Shown here: positions 46,633 to 57,157 of the stretch, piece by piece
Layout of the letters: each line of letters opens with the position of its first letter
How positions within the stretch are numbered: position 1 is the stretch's first letter
From: Bacteroidales bacterium
Lineage (GTDB): Bacteria; Bacteroidota; Bacteroidia; Bacteroidales; JAADJA01
Direction: 5' to 3'
NCBI GenBank assembly: GCA_020052415.1
Contig: JAGVPB010000094.1
Location: 102,881-166,880, forward strand
Length of the DNA: 64,000 nt
Translations under genes and position numbers: made by a program
Notes under the pieces: model-generated
Databases searched by the model: none
What the model was told of the DNA's origin: nothing
The model's input: only the letters and a program-made list of their open reading frames with translations

Positions 46633-49600
46633 TCAATCTGTTAGTACAAGTTTCTGCCTTTGCACCGATACCGCTTTCTGTTCATCTGTTACGATAAGAG
46701 TATAAAGGTAAATCCCGCTTTTCAGTTTGTTACCCTTTCCGTCATTGCCATTCCATATAAAAAATGGAGTGTAGGTTGATTCAGTCACTATTTTCGTGTG
46801 ATAATTCAGGACGATTCTCCCTGCAAGGTCAAATATATCGAGGGTAATGTCGAGCTCATCGCCCGGATTGTTGTGGTCAAAAGAAAAAGTAGTTTGATCC
46901 TTAAAAGGATTTGGAGAATTCTTAACCTGGTTCAAAGCCAGCACAGCATTCTGGTTGATCAAAAATTCAATCGTCTTTTCAGCAGGGTTATTGTAGTTAT
47001 CCCAGGCTTTTAATGTCAGGGTGTGAAGCCCGTCGGGTAAATTATAGAACGGGTAATATATTTTACCGCTTTGGTAGCTGTCAATGTCCTGTACATAATA
47101 TTCACTCAGGTATATTACATTCGAATAATCGTTATCGAGAGTTGCTAAAATTTCGTGACCTATTCCGCCAGCCGAAAGGTTGATACCGCTTAAGTCATTA
47201 ATAAAAGCAAGCATAATAGGATTTTCATGTGTCTGATCGCCCGATACGAAAGTAAGATCGTTCAGAAACAGGTCAATTTGTGGCCCCTCATTATCCGAAA
47301 CTGCATTTGTATTTATTCCTCCAATTATGATCTCATTGTTATAACCCATAGCATCGGCATCATTAGAAAATGAATAGTAGCTGATTTTACCGGAACCATA
47401 CTCATACGCAATGTCCTTAGGCATCATAAAGGTAAACACAAAACTGCCTGCAGTTACGGTGGCTTCACCAGTCCATATCTTTTTATCCTGGCATAAGAAA
47501 GTTATTGGATAGCTGTAGGTATCATTTCCAATGGTATTATAGCGCGTCGGTTTGTCATAAAGTGTAATATAAACTTTACCGTTAAAGTTAGTAATTTTAT
47601 TACCTGCCTCATCAATGATCTCTCCTTCAGCATAAATTAAATCCAGCGCCTGTAAAGTATCTGACGCCATTTGGGTAGATTTATTCAGGATTTTAACAGT
47701 CCTCACATTATATGTTGAGTATGCCATTTTAAGAGCCGGATCACCAACGAGAATAAAATTCCGTGTAGTGAGTTGCCCGGGAGGTTTTGAGTGCTTTATT
47801 ATGTCGCCAAGATACGGATGCTCTCCGTCGGTAAGATTAAAAGCTGCATCCAATACCCGTTGATTGACGGTGAAATTCGATTGTGCATAAGCAAGTCTCG
47901 TGGTTGTAAAAAGTGCAATTCCGCCACCATGAGGATTCAGGAAAACCATTTCTCCTCCGGTGGAAAGCTCTGGCTCGTCGAATCTTGTAAACTCGCAGGT
48001 TGCAGTAATAAACACGGGCATTTTACCAACATTGGTCCAGTCCTGTATGTCATTCGATCCTAATATTCGTTCGTGCGCCCAGCCGGCTTTACCTCCATGT
48101 CCGACATAATTAACGATAAGTGCGCCGTTGTTTACAGCATTGTTGATTGCTTCTGTTACAGCTGGGTAGCGATAACCTGCAGGTGTTTTGACCTGGGGGT
48201 ATGCATCGAGGTAAATTTTTTGTTCATTGTAAAGTTCAGGGATGAATCCTGCTCCGTTGGCAAGGCTGTCAGCTTGTTCGAGGTGAAGATTGCCATCTTC
48301 GTCATCAGCTATAAAGCAGATTTTTGATCTCCAGGTCCCAAAAACGGGTTCGGTGGTTGCAAGGTAAAGATTAATTTTATCAATAGCGGTCTGGGCTTCC
48401 TCAACGGTTTGAACCGGGAATCTTCCGATACCAATGTCTAATTGCCCCACTCCGTCGTTTCCTTCATTTTCATCAAGAAATCCATAAAAATCATCAATAA
48501 CAAAACTCGAAGCCGTGATCCATGATTCTTCGTTTTGAAATGCAGGGATGAAATTGGAATTGTTCTCATACCTGTTTTTCGGATCAAAAGAGCCATCTCC
48601 AAATAAAACGAGAAAGCGTGGTTCATTCCCTTCATATTTGTCATACAGCATTTTCATATAATCACGTATGGCCGTAGGATCCTGTTTCCCTGAAGAAAAT
48701 TCATTATAGATTTCTTTTGTCCCAACCACCTTAATTTCAAAACTGTCTCTTGAAACATGGAGTGCAGCCAGCTCATTTGCCTGGTCAATAAACAAAGGAT
48801 GAGAAACGATTACCATATCAAAAGGCCCATCGCCATGCAAATCCTGGTTGTCAACCATTTCCACAAACTCCGGTGAGTAATATTCGCTTCCGTCGAAGGC
48901 AACGAATTCGCGAAGTGAATCGGTTTGAACGGTAAATAACAGTTCGCCGGCGTTTGATTCCGGTTCAATTTTAAAAGGTATGATGGGGTTGGTAATGTCC
49001 CAGACCATAAGGCCGGGATTAGAATTGGTAATTGTAAATTCAGAAACAGCGCCATCCAATACCGAAGATAATTGCCTGAACATAAGCTGCCCGTTATCAA
49101 ACTTAAGATTGCTTGAGGCATTTACCATAATGTAATTAAGCCAGGCAATGGAGGAAAGCGTAGATGGCAGATATTCGAATTTCACATTTACATCGGTATT
49201 GCCGGTATAGTAAGTAAGTGTCTTTTTTTTCTTCTGGGCATATTTTGTCGAACTGGGCGAAACAAGTGTCAATATCATGGTATCGTTCAAATCGTTATTT
49301 ACATGTAAGGCCATCAGTTCATTTTCAAAGCTCCTGTTGGCAACTTCGGTCTTTATGATTACAGGATCGCTTGTAACAATATTCGGGAAGTTGAACTGAT
49401 ACTCCCGGTTGTTAATTTCACCAAATACGTCTCCATACCAGACTTTTCCGGATTGGATCAGGTTGATTTCCTCATCCTCAACCACTTGGTAATCGTTATA
49501 TTTTGTTACATAATTAGAGGGGTTTGAGGCAACTGATAATACGGTTTGCAGTCTCTTTCCCGGCTCTGCAGAAATAGTCAGGTAATAGTAATTATGGTCG

Positions 49601-50439
49601 TCATAATAATTCACATAATAGGTGAAATATCCAAGCACGTTTTGCCAAACATTCGGATCCATTCCATAAAATAAAATATAATCACCCTGATTGAAAACGC
49701 CATCATCTTCACCAATAACCTGAATGGCATTTTCCTGAAGGTCGTCGTATCTGAATTTATCATTCGCTTCGGGCAACATGCCTCCACCATTGCCAAATAT
49801 CCTGATCATTGTCGGATTAACTGAAGCCGGATCAATTCCGAAACTCTCAAGATCATTGTACCCTATTTTATAGATTCCGGACTTGCCGGTTTTGATTTTA
49901 ATCCATTGTCCGGAGCTGAGAACAGAATGTTCTGCATAATTCCGGCTTTTGACAACCGGGTAATTAGAATTTGCTGTTACATCAATTTTTATCCGGTAGA
50001 AAATTAATTTTTCATAATTCCCGTTTTCGTTATTAAATCTAAGAGGTAAGAATGAAATGATCCCCAAAGGGACTTTCCTGTCAACCACCACAAAGGTGTT
50101 TATTGTGATATCCCTATCCCTAAACTGAATACCGGATAAATAATTACTCTCTTCAGCAGAACAGGGTTCAAATAATACAGAATCGAAAGAGGCATTAATT
50201 TCCGAATTGTATGAACCGATGGAGATGGATTCGGTATATAATGGCAATTGCGTGGGAATATCGGTAAATGCACCTTCGAAGTACAGGTATTCTGTAAAGA
50301 TTCCATTTTCACCCGACTCCTTTACCAATCCTTTCCAGTGGATTTCACTGCTGATAAATTGCGAAAGTGCCGTTACACTATGAATAAATGATAAAAGTAT
50401 AAAAAGGAGTATGTTTTTTCTCATATCCGGATTGCTCAA
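46633..50439 (-). CDS. porU: PorU-family T9SS C-terminal signal peptidase/sortase (peptidase C25-like), paralog A
   Basis: The 1268-aa protein has a signal peptide. The C25 catalytic contexts are VNYVGHGG (His) and FITATCEFTRFD (Cys). The C-terminus NSPNPFKDQTTFSF...GIYLYTL is a T9SS CTD-like domain. Confidence 0.75.
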   Translation of the reverse strand: MSNPDMRKNILLFILLSFIHSVTALSQFISSEIHWKGLVKESGENGIFTEYLYFEGAFTDIPTQLPLYTESISIGSYNSEINASFDSVLFEPCSAEESNYLSGIQFRDRDITINTFVVVDRKVPLGIISFLPLRFNNENGNYEKLIFYRIKIDVTANSNYPVVKSRNYAEHSVLSSGQWIKIKTGKSGIYKIGYNDLESFGIDPASVNPTMIRIFGNGGGMLPEANDKFRYDDLQENAIQVIGEDDGVFNQGDYILFYGMDPNVWQNVLGYFTYYVNYYDDHNYYYLTISAEPGKRLQTVLSVASNPSNYVTKYNDYQVVEDEEINLIQSGKVWYGDVFGEINNREYQFNFPNIVTSDPVIIKTEVANRSFENELMALHVNNDLNDTMILTLVSPSSTKYAQKKKKTLTYYTGNTDVNVKFEYLPSTLSSIAWLNYIMVNASSNLKFDNGQLMFRQLSSVLDGAVSEFTITNSNPGLMVWDITNPIIPFKIEPESNAGELLFTVQTDSLREFVAFDGSEYYSPEFVEMVDNQDLHGDGPFDMVIVSHPLFIDQANELAALHVSRDSFEIKVVGTKEIYNEFSSGKQDPTAIRDYMKMLYDKYEGNEPRFLVLFGDGSFDPKNRYENNSNFIPAFQNEESWITASSFVIDDFYGFLDENEGNDGVGQLDIGIGRFPVQTVEEAQTAIDKINLYLATTEPVFGTWRSKICFIADDEDGNLHLEQADSLANGAGFIPELYNEQKIYLDAYPQVKTPAGYRYPAVTEAINNAVNNGALIVNYVGHGGKAGWAHERILGSNDIQDWTNVGKMPVFITATCEFTRFDEPELSTGGEMVFLNPHGGGIALFTTTRLAYAQSNFTVNQRVLDAAFNLTDGEHPYLGDIIKHSKPPGQLTTRNFILVGDPALKMAYSTYNVRTVKILNKSTQMASDTLQALDLIYAEGEIIDEAGNKITNFNGKVYITLYDKPTRYNTIGNDTYSYPITFLCQDKKIWTGEATVTAGSFVFTFMMPKDIAYEYGSGKISYYSFSNDADAMGYNNEIIIGGINTNAVSDNEGPQIDLFLNDLTFVSGDQTHENPIMLAFINDLSGINLSAGGIGHEILATLDNDYSNVIYLSEYYVQDIDSYQSGKIYYPFYNLPDGLHTLTLKAWDNYNNPAEKTIEFLINQNAVLALNQVKNSPNPFKDQTTFSFDHNNPGDELDITLDIFDLAGRIVLNYHTKIVTESTYTPFFIWNGNDGKGNKLKSGIYLYTLIVTDEQKAVSVQRQKLVLTD

Positions 50440-50550
50440 ATCAAAAAAAAATTCAACATATAAACATTTATCTTTAGACGGAAATTTACGTCGTTGCGTT
50501 GCGCGGGTTAATTAAAAGACAGTGATTTACAAGATGTTTTCACATCTTTT

Positions 50551-53500
50551 TTATTTCAGTATCACCAGTTTGCTTGTTTCATCAGCTATCTGCCCATCAT
50601 AGCTTTTCACTTTCACCCGGTAAATATACATTCCCTGCTTCAGTTTGCTGCCGCTTTCATCAGTTCCCCGCCAGTTGGGAGAAATGTATTTGTAGCCACC
50701 CGAAAAATAATCATCCTTTAATGTGGTCACAAGCTGACCTTCAAGCGAGTAAATGTTGATGGTAATTTCAAGAGGCTGATCATCCTGATTATGCTCAAAA
50801 GCAAATTTTGTAGTTTCTTTAAAGGGATTCGGGTAATTCATAAGATGGTCAAGCGCCATTTCGGCTGATTCTGCAACTATGAAATCTGTATAAACTGTAG
50901 TTGAATTATTATTGATGTCCCAAACCCTCAGTGAAAGATCGTGGTGGCCGTTACTTAATCTGTAAAATGGATAAGTAACTGTACCGTTAGTAAAATCATC
51001 GAGATCGGATTGATAATAATCGTTCAGAATAAAATTGCCTGTATTATCAAGAGTTGCCTGAATATCATGACCGATTCCGCTTCCAACAGTATTGATCCCG
51101 CTTTCGTCACTGATTTTAGCAAAAAGCAGGGGGTTTTCATCGGTCAAACCTCCGGCAATGAAATGCTCATCGTTCATAAAGAGCTGCACCTCCGGCCCTT
51201 CGGTATCCACTGCCATATTTTGCTCATAACCTCCCACAACGATATCCATGAAGTAACCTGCAGCATCTTCGGCGTCATTTTTTGCATAGTAACTTATTTT
51301 CCCGAAACCATAATCATAGGCAATATCTTTGGGTACAATAAATGAAAACGACCATTCACCGTTGCTCACAGTGGCCATACCCTTATAAAGCGGATTTTTC
51401 TGAATGTAAAAATTGGTTTGTATGCTGGCCGGGTCATTACCGAGTGTGGTATATCTCGATGGTTTGTCATAAACTGTCGGGAAAAGCACTCCATTAAATC
51501 CCGTTAGCTTATTTCCAAGGTAATCCTGCATCTCACCCGAAACACTTACATTCGATAATGCAGTAAGGGTATCGGTGGGTTCGATGATGGATATATCATT
51601 AATTTTCAGAGTAACCACATCTTGTTTCGGAAAAGCAAATTTAAGGGCGGGATCACCAAGCAAAACAAATTTTCGGGTATTCTCCGTGCTTCCGGAAGCG
51701 TTTTTTGAAAGGCGTATCACATCTCCCATACGCAAATATTCACCTTCTGATTTTTGCAAAGTGTAGGTGAAGAAATTTTTGTTCAGAGTGGCATTGGCGC
51801 CAGCATAAGTTGCACGGGTTGTACTGTATAAGGAAATACCTCCGCCGTGCGAATTCAGAAAAATCAATTCTCCGGCGGATGTTCTTTCCGGATCATCAAA
51901 GCGGCTGAACTCACAGGTAGCAGTAAGAAATACAGGCAAATTATCAAAATTGTCCCAGCTATTGATATCAGCCACTGTTAATATGCGCTCATGGGCAAGT
52001 CCCAGCTCGCCGCCATGTCCGACGTAATTGACAATTAACGCTCCTCTTTCAACACGGTTAGTGATATCCTGTGTTACCTTAGGATATAACTCCCCGCTTG
52101 GCGTTGATTCCTGAATATAGGAATCAAGATAAATTTTATCAATGTTGATGTTTTTATTCGTGGTATCAATTTGATGCGCCAGTTTTTCAGTATCATTGAA
52201 ATGCAGGTTACTGTCCTCATCGTCGGCAATGAGGCATACAACGTTACGCCAGTCACCCATTACATCGTCGGTGTTAACAGCATAATGAATGACCTTATCA
52301 ACAGCTTCGGTTGCCTGTTGAAGTGTTCTTACAACAAAGCGTCCGACACCGATATCCAGTAAATTATCCCCGTCGAGGTTTGCATAAAAATCATCGGTTA
52401 TATAAGAACCGATGGGATTAAGCGATTCCATTGATTCCCATGTCGGCACAAAATTGGAGTTGTTTGCAATCCTGTCTTTATAATCAAACGACGCATCACC
52501 AAAAAGCAGAAGATATTTTGGTTCATTACCTGAAGATGCATTATCGTAAAGCATTTTAACAAAATCACGAATAGCCGAAATATCAGCGGCCCCGCTCGAG
52601 AATTCATTATAAATATCCTGCAATTGAACTACTTCAACATTCATATTGTCCTGAATCCTGTGGTGTTCGGCAAGGCGATTCGCTTCATTAATAAATTCAG
52701 GCGGGGTAACAATGATCAGTTCAATATCGCTGAGATCATGAAGGTTTTGATTGTCAATTTTGCCCACGATCTCAACGGCGAACAATGAAGCACCATCAAA
52801 CGCTATGAATTCCTGCAACTCATTTGATTCGGTCCTGAAAACGAGTTGATTTAAACCGGCCGTTGATTCAACCTTTTCGGGATTGATGCGGTCCGTGATA
52901 TTCCAAATTGAAACATCAGTAGTGATTTTTGTTAAAGTATATTCAGCAACACATTCCTGGTTTGCAGTTCTTAAATCGCGAAAGATCATCTGTCCGCCTT
53001 CAAAACTGAGATTTCGGACATAATTGATCGTAAAATAATTCAAAAATCCCAGGGATGATGACATTGGCTTGTTGTATTCAATCATGATGTTCAAATCCTT
53101 GCTGTACACCATAAGAGTGGTCGAATCAAATTTGGTTTTTGCATAGTCCTGATTATTATCATTGTTATAGTTTGACCTTGCACATAGAAGGTTCAGAATA
53201 TTTGTACTGTTCACAAAAACATCAAATGTGCTTTCAATATCTGATTTTGCCGCTACATCTACATCAATATGAACAGGCGATGACAAATCAAGATTTGGAA
53301 TACTGATGCCCTGAATTAAAGTTGTTGTCAGATCGAAGGTTTCGCCGTACCACATCCTTCCCGTACTGATCAGGTTGTTTTCTTCAAGTTCATGGTGGTA
53401 TGCATCGTTGTATTTCGAACAGAACAATGTCGGAGTAAGTTGGGAAGACGGCTGATTCTGTATTCGTTTTCCCAATCCCGCATCGGCTGTGATAAAATAA

Positions 53501-54351
53501 TAGTTGCGGTTTGAATAAAGGTGAGGATATTTATGAAGTTTATTATCCGACGCTGAGTATTTCCATTCATCAGGCGATTCTCCATAAAATAAAATGTAAT
53601 CCCCGGCATCGAATACTCCGTCATCTTCTCCAGCAACATAAATGGAGTTTTCCTGTAAATCATCATACCTGAATTCATTGACATTTTCGGGCAGCATTCC
53701 CCCACCGTTGCCATAAACTCTGATATTTTTTGGATTTAATGAATTTATATCCATACCCATTGCACTTAAATCCTGTGCACTAATTTTGTATATTCCTGAA
53801 TTTGAAACCGCTACTTTATACCAGTTCCCGTTTGCCAATGCAGAATTTTCCGCATAGTTTGAGCCCTTCTTCTGCCAGGCATCTCCATCCAATGCTTCAC
53901 AGGTTAATTCAACTTCAAAAGAAATAAGTTTTTCATACAATCCTGTCAGTTCATTTTTACGAACCGGGATAAAGCTGACAACAGCATACGGATTTTTCAT
54001 TTCATAAGCCAGGGACGCCTCCACTTCAATTTCATTTCCGATGATTTCTGCATTTTCAACGGTTTTGATTTCACTGCTGGTTAAAGGTTCAAACACTTTG
54101 TTTTTAAGCATTACTACGAGGTTTGACCCGGTGATATTTAACCGATACCTTTCAAAATATAGCGGAAGAAAATTATTTTCTGCATCATTGGTACATTCAT
54201 CACTCCGCAGGATAGATATCGCTGTGTTCTCCGAAATTTGTATTTGCCGGGTGCCCGACCAATGAATTGTTCTTGTGTATGACTGGACTTCTGAAAAACA
54301 TAATACAGGTATTAACAATAAGATGTGAAGAACTAAACTTTTCGATTTCAT
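50551..54351 (-). CDS. porU: PorU-family T9SS C-terminal signal peptidase/sortase (peptidase C25-like), paralog B
   Basis: The 1266-aa protein has a signal peptide. Catalytic contexts are VNYVGHGG and FLTATCEFSRFD. The C-terminus is NYPNPFKETTKFAF...GMYIYRV. It is collinear with paralog A along its whole length. Confidence 0.75.
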   Translation of the reverse strand: MKSKSLVLHILLLIPVLCFSEVQSYTRTIHWSGTRQIQISENTAISILRSDECTNDAENNFLPLYFERYRLNITGSNLVVMLKNKVFEPLTSSEIKTVENAEIIGNEIEVEASLAYEMKNPYAVVSFIPVRKNELTGLYEKLISFEVELTCEALDGDAWQKKGSNYAENSALANGNWYKVAVSNSGIYKISAQDLSAMGMDINSLNPKNIRVYGNGGGMLPENVNEFRYDDLQENSIYVAGEDDGVFDAGDYILFYGESPDEWKYSASDNKLHKYPHLYSNRNYYFITADAGLGKRIQNQPSSQLTPTLFCSKYNDAYHHELEENNLISTGRMWYGETFDLTTTLIQGISIPNLDLSSPVHIDVDVAAKSDIESTFDVFVNSTNILNLLCARSNYNNDNNQDYAKTKFDSTTLMVYSKDLNIMIEYNKPMSSSLGFLNYFTINYVRNLSFEGGQMIFRDLRTANQECVAEYTLTKITTDVSIWNITDRINPEKVESTAGLNQLVFRTESNELQEFIAFDGASLFAVEIVGKIDNQNLHDLSDIELIIVTPPEFINEANRLAEHHRIQDNMNVEVVQLQDIYNEFSSGAADISAIRDFVKMLYDNASSGNEPKYLLLFGDASFDYKDRIANNSNFVPTWESMESLNPIGSYITDDFYANLDGDNLLDIGVGRFVVRTLQQATEAVDKVIHYAVNTDDVMGDWRNVVCLIADDEDSNLHFNDTEKLAHQIDTTNKNINIDKIYLDSYIQESTPSGELYPKVTQDITNRVERGALIVNYVGHGGELGLAHERILTVADINSWDNFDNLPVFLTATCEFSRFDDPERTSAGELIFLNSHGGGISLYSTTRATYAGANATLNKNFFTYTLQKSEGEYLRMGDVIRLSKNASGSTENTRKFVLLGDPALKFAFPKQDVVTLKINDISIIEPTDTLTALSNVSVSGEMQDYLGNKLTGFNGVLFPTVYDKPSRYTTLGNDPASIQTNFYIQKNPLYKGMATVSNGEWSFSFIVPKDIAYDYGFGKISYYAKNDAEDAAGYFMDIVVGGYEQNMAVDTEGPEVQLFMNDEHFIAGGLTDENPLLFAKISDESGINTVGSGIGHDIQATLDNTGNFILNDYYQSDLDDFTNGTVTYPFYRLSNGHHDLSLRVWDINNNSTTVYTDFIVAESAEMALDHLMNYPNPFKETTKFAFEHNQDDQPLEITINIYSLEGQLVTTLKDDYFSGGYKYISPNWRGTDESGSKLKQGMYIYRVKVKSYDGQIADETSKLVILK

Positions 54352-54601
54352 AATTTTCAGCCGATATTAAGTATTATTGAAAACTGTAAAAATAAATTAA
54401 TTTTTCCGAATGCTTAATGAAATTATATTTGGCAAAGTATTGATAATAAAAGATTTAAATTTATTTTTACCTAAAAACTAAAACTTGATTAAAAACGTTA
54501 TTAGTGAGTTTATATTGTTTTATAAAAGAATCAGGAAAAAATTGCCGGCACTGAATAATATTGCAACTTTTAAAAGTGTACTTCCGATCAAGGAGTATTT
54601 A

Positions 54602-55591
54602 ATGTTTTGTATAATATTACTGGTGTTGACTGCATATCAAACTAAGGGATTTAGCCAGGATCCCGGATTTTCTCAGTTCTATTCTAATCCCCTCTATCTT
54701 AATCCTGCACTGGCCGGAACAGGAGATTGTTCGAGGGTAATGTTTAATTACAGGAACCAGTGGCCGTCAATATCCGCTAATTTTGTTACCTATAGTGCAT
54801 CGGCTGATCATTATTTCAACGTTCTTTCAGGTGGGCTGGGTGTAATCATCACTTCGGATAACATCGGCAGCAACCTGATGAATACATTAAGGGCTGGAGC
54901 AATATATTCCTATCATCTGAAAATAAGCAATGACATTAGCATGAATGCCGGGTTTGAAGCGACATTTCACCAGCAAAAAATAAATTATGGCGACCTGATA
55001 TTCCGTGATATGATAGATCCGGCGACAGGTACTATTAATCCCGGCAGTACTTCTGAGATACCCATTGACAGGAACTCGGTGATCGCCCCGGATTTTTCGT
55101 CCGGTTTGTTGTTGGGAATCAAAGAGTCGTATTTCATCGGAGTTGCGGTTCATCATCTTACCGAACCCACACTTAATTACTATTCAGGGACGGACCACAA
55201 TTTATTGTACCGTAAATACACCCTTCATGGCGGAGCACGTTACATGCTGAATAAGGGTTACATCAGCGGGAAAAACAGTCCCTGGATCATTTCGCCGAAT
55301 TTTCTATATGATTACCAACAAACTGCCCGGCAGTTGAATTTTGGTGTTTATGTTGAAAAATCACCACTTACAGCCGGATTGTGGTACCGGTACGACATTG
55401 ATAATGCTGACGGAATCATTTTGCTGCTGGGAATGAATTATAACAGGTTTAAATTCGGCTATTCCTATGATGTAACTTTATCGCGACTAAAAGGTACAAC
55501 GGGTGGCGCTCATGAAGTTTCGGCGGTATTGTTGGTAAATTGTAATAAAAAAAGAAATAAGCCCGGGGCAATAAAATGTCCGGAATTTTAG
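54602..55591 (+). CDS. T9SS membrane protein, PorP/SprF family
   Basis: The N-terminal signal is followed by QDPGFSQFYSNPLYLNPALAGT, characteristic of the PorP/SprF family. The ATG at 54602 is preferred over the upstream TTG at 54485. Confidence 0.8.
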   Translation: MFCIILLVLTAYQTKGFSQDPGFSQFYSNPLYLNPALAGTGDCSRVMFNYRNQWPSISANFVTYSASADHYFNVLSGGLGVIITSDNIGSNLMNTLRAGAIYSYHLKISNDISMNAGFEATFHQQKINYGDLIFRDMIDPATGTINPGSTSEIPIDRNSVIAPDFSSGLLLGIKESYFIGVAVHHLTEPTLNYYSGTDHNLLYRKYTLHGGARYMLNKGYISGKNSPWIISPNFLYDYQQTARQLNFGVYVEKSPLTAGLWYRYDIDNADGIILLLGMNYNRFKFGYSYDVTLSRLKGTTGGAHEVSAVLLVNCNKKRNKPGAIKCPEF

Positions 55592-55592
55592 T

Positions 55593-55600
55593 TATGTTTG
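55593..55600 (+). promoter_or_regulatory. Bacteroidota -7 promoter element (TATGTTTG) for gldJ
   Basis: TATGTTTG lies 18 nt upstream of the ATG at 55618. Confidence 0.35.
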
Positions 55601-55617
55601 CACCAAATTTTAAAAAA

Positions 55618-57087
55618 ATGAAGTACTTCAGTTTCTTAACGTTCACATTAATAGCTGGTTCACTCCTGCTTTTAACCTCTTGCAAAAAGCAAAAATCAGC
55701 TACTACCGGTTGGGAATACAATAATCCGAAAAACGGTGGATTCGAAGTCGCTGATTATCTTGGACAAATGAATGGTCCCGGTTTGATACTAATCCAGGGT
55801 GGAACCTACACTATGGGTTCGAACGCTGAAGACCCGATGTATGAATGGAACAGCACTCCCCGAAGGGTTACCATTAAGACCTTTTACCTCGATGAAACGG
55901 AGGTTTCCAACCTTGATTATCTTGAATACCTGTATTGGATAAACAGGGTGTTTGGAACCGATTACCCGGAAGTATATCGTAAGGCATTACCGGATACACT
56001 GGTATGGCGCAATCGCCTGGCTTATAATGAACCTATGGTTGAACTTTATCTTCGCCATCCGGCTTACCATTATTATCCGGTAGTTGGAGTCAGCTGGAAA
56101 CAGGCTGCCGATTATTGCTCCTGGAGAAGCGACAGGGTGAATGAAATGCTGCTTGTTGAACGAGGAATCCTGGATCTCGATCCCGACCAGTTGAATGAAA
56201 ATAATTTTAATACCGAAGCCTACCTGGCCGGACAATATGAAGGACTTGTCAACAGGAACCTGCAGGATTTAAATCCGAATAGCACAGGTGAAAGAAGAGT
56301 TAGGATGGAAGATGGTGTAATACTACCGCGCTATCGCCTGCCCACAGAAGCTGAGTGGGAATTTGCAGCTATTGGTCAGATTGGAAACACAGTATATGAA
56401 AGAGTTATTGACAGAAGGATTTATCCATGGAACAGTCATGTACTGAGAACTGATGATAAGAACTATTATGGCAGCTTTTTAGCGAACCACAAAAGAGGAA
56501 AAGGCGATTATGCCGGAGTTTCAGGTGATCTGAACGACGGTGCAATCGGCCCGGCTATGGTTGGTTCATTCTGGCCTAATGATTATGGACTTTTCAATAT
56601 GGCAGGTAATGTTTGCGAATGGGTTGCTGATGTTTATCGTCCGCTAACTTTTGAAGATATGGCTGACCTGAATCCACACAGAGGTAATGTTTTTCAGAGA
56701 AAAGTCAGGGATTCCGAAGGACTTATTGCTGAAAAGGACGAATACGGTAAATTGAAATACGAAGACGTACCCGTTGAAGATATTGTAGATCGCAGGAATT
56801 ACCGAAAATCAAATAACATTAATTATCTCGATGGTGATTTCCAATCCACTGTAAACAGTGAAGATTGGGTAAAACAAAATGAAGATTCAAACTCCGCCAC
56901 CATGTATGATTTTTCTGTAACTTCAATGATCAATGATCATGCAAGAGTTTACAAAGGCGGATCATGGAAGGATAATTCATACTGGATGATGCCCGGTTCC
57001 AGAAGGTTTTTGGATGAGAACCAGGCGACTGATTACATCGGTTTCAGATGCGCAATGGACCGTGTCGGAAGCGATGATGGCCTCTGA
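55618..57087 (+). CDS. gldJ: gliding motility lipoprotein GldJ (FGE-sulfatase/SUMF1-like domain)
   Basis: MKYFSFLTFTLIAGSLLLLTSC is the lipobox, followed by KKQKSATTGWEYNNPKNGGFEV. SUMF1-like segments are YPVVGVSWKQAADYCSWRS and GNVCEWVADVY. The gene is followed by murF, as I recall for Flavobacterium. Confidence 0.85.
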   Translation: MKYFSFLTFTLIAGSLLLLTSCKKQKSATTGWEYNNPKNGGFEVADYLGQMNGPGLILIQGGTYTMGSNAEDPMYEWNSTPRRVTIKTFYLDETEVSNLDYLEYLYWINRVFGTDYPEVYRKALPDTLVWRNRLAYNEPMVELYLRHPAYHYYPVVGVSWKQAADYCSWRSDRVNEMLLVERGILDLDPDQLNENNFNTEAYLAGQYEGLVNRNLQDLNPNSTGERRVRMEDGVILPRYRLPTEAEWEFAAIGQIGNTVYERVIDRRIYPWNSHVLRTDDKNYYGSFLANHKRGKGDYAGVSGDLNDGAIGPAMVGSFWPNDYGLFNMAGNVCEWVADVYRPLTFEDMADLNPHRGNVFQRKVRDSEGLIAEKDEYGKLKYEDVPVEDIVDRRNYRKSNNINYLDGDFQSTVNSEDWVKQNEDSNSATMYDFSVTSMINDHARVYKGGSWKDNSYWMMPGSRRFLDENQATDYIGFRCAMDRVGSDDGL

Positions 57088-57108
57088 TTATTTGTATAAG
57101 ATATTTCG

Positions 57109-57146
57109 AACCCCATTTCAATTAAAGGAATGGGGTTTATTTTTTA
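57109..57146 (+). terminator. rho-independent terminator after gldJ
   Basis: AACCCCATT (57109-57117) pairs with AATGGGGTT (57129-57137), followed by a TTTATTTTTT run. Confidence 0.65.
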
Positions 57147-57157
57147 CTTTTGTTTTG

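Noticed and set aside
50531-50548. Hairpin AAGATG-TTTTCA-CATCTT between the two PorU-like genes, considered as a terminator for paralog B
   Set aside because: The T-run lies on the plus strand while both flanking genes are on the minus strand, and the minus-strand context lacks a U-tract. There is insufficient support, so the two genes may be co-transcribed.
57014-57157. N-terminal extension of murF overlapping the end of gldJ, as in the ORF track
   Set aside because: The extension runs through the gldJ stop and a strong terminator hairpin with T-run (57109-57146). The ATG at 57158 gives a typical MurF N-terminus (MNSVIEKLY...).
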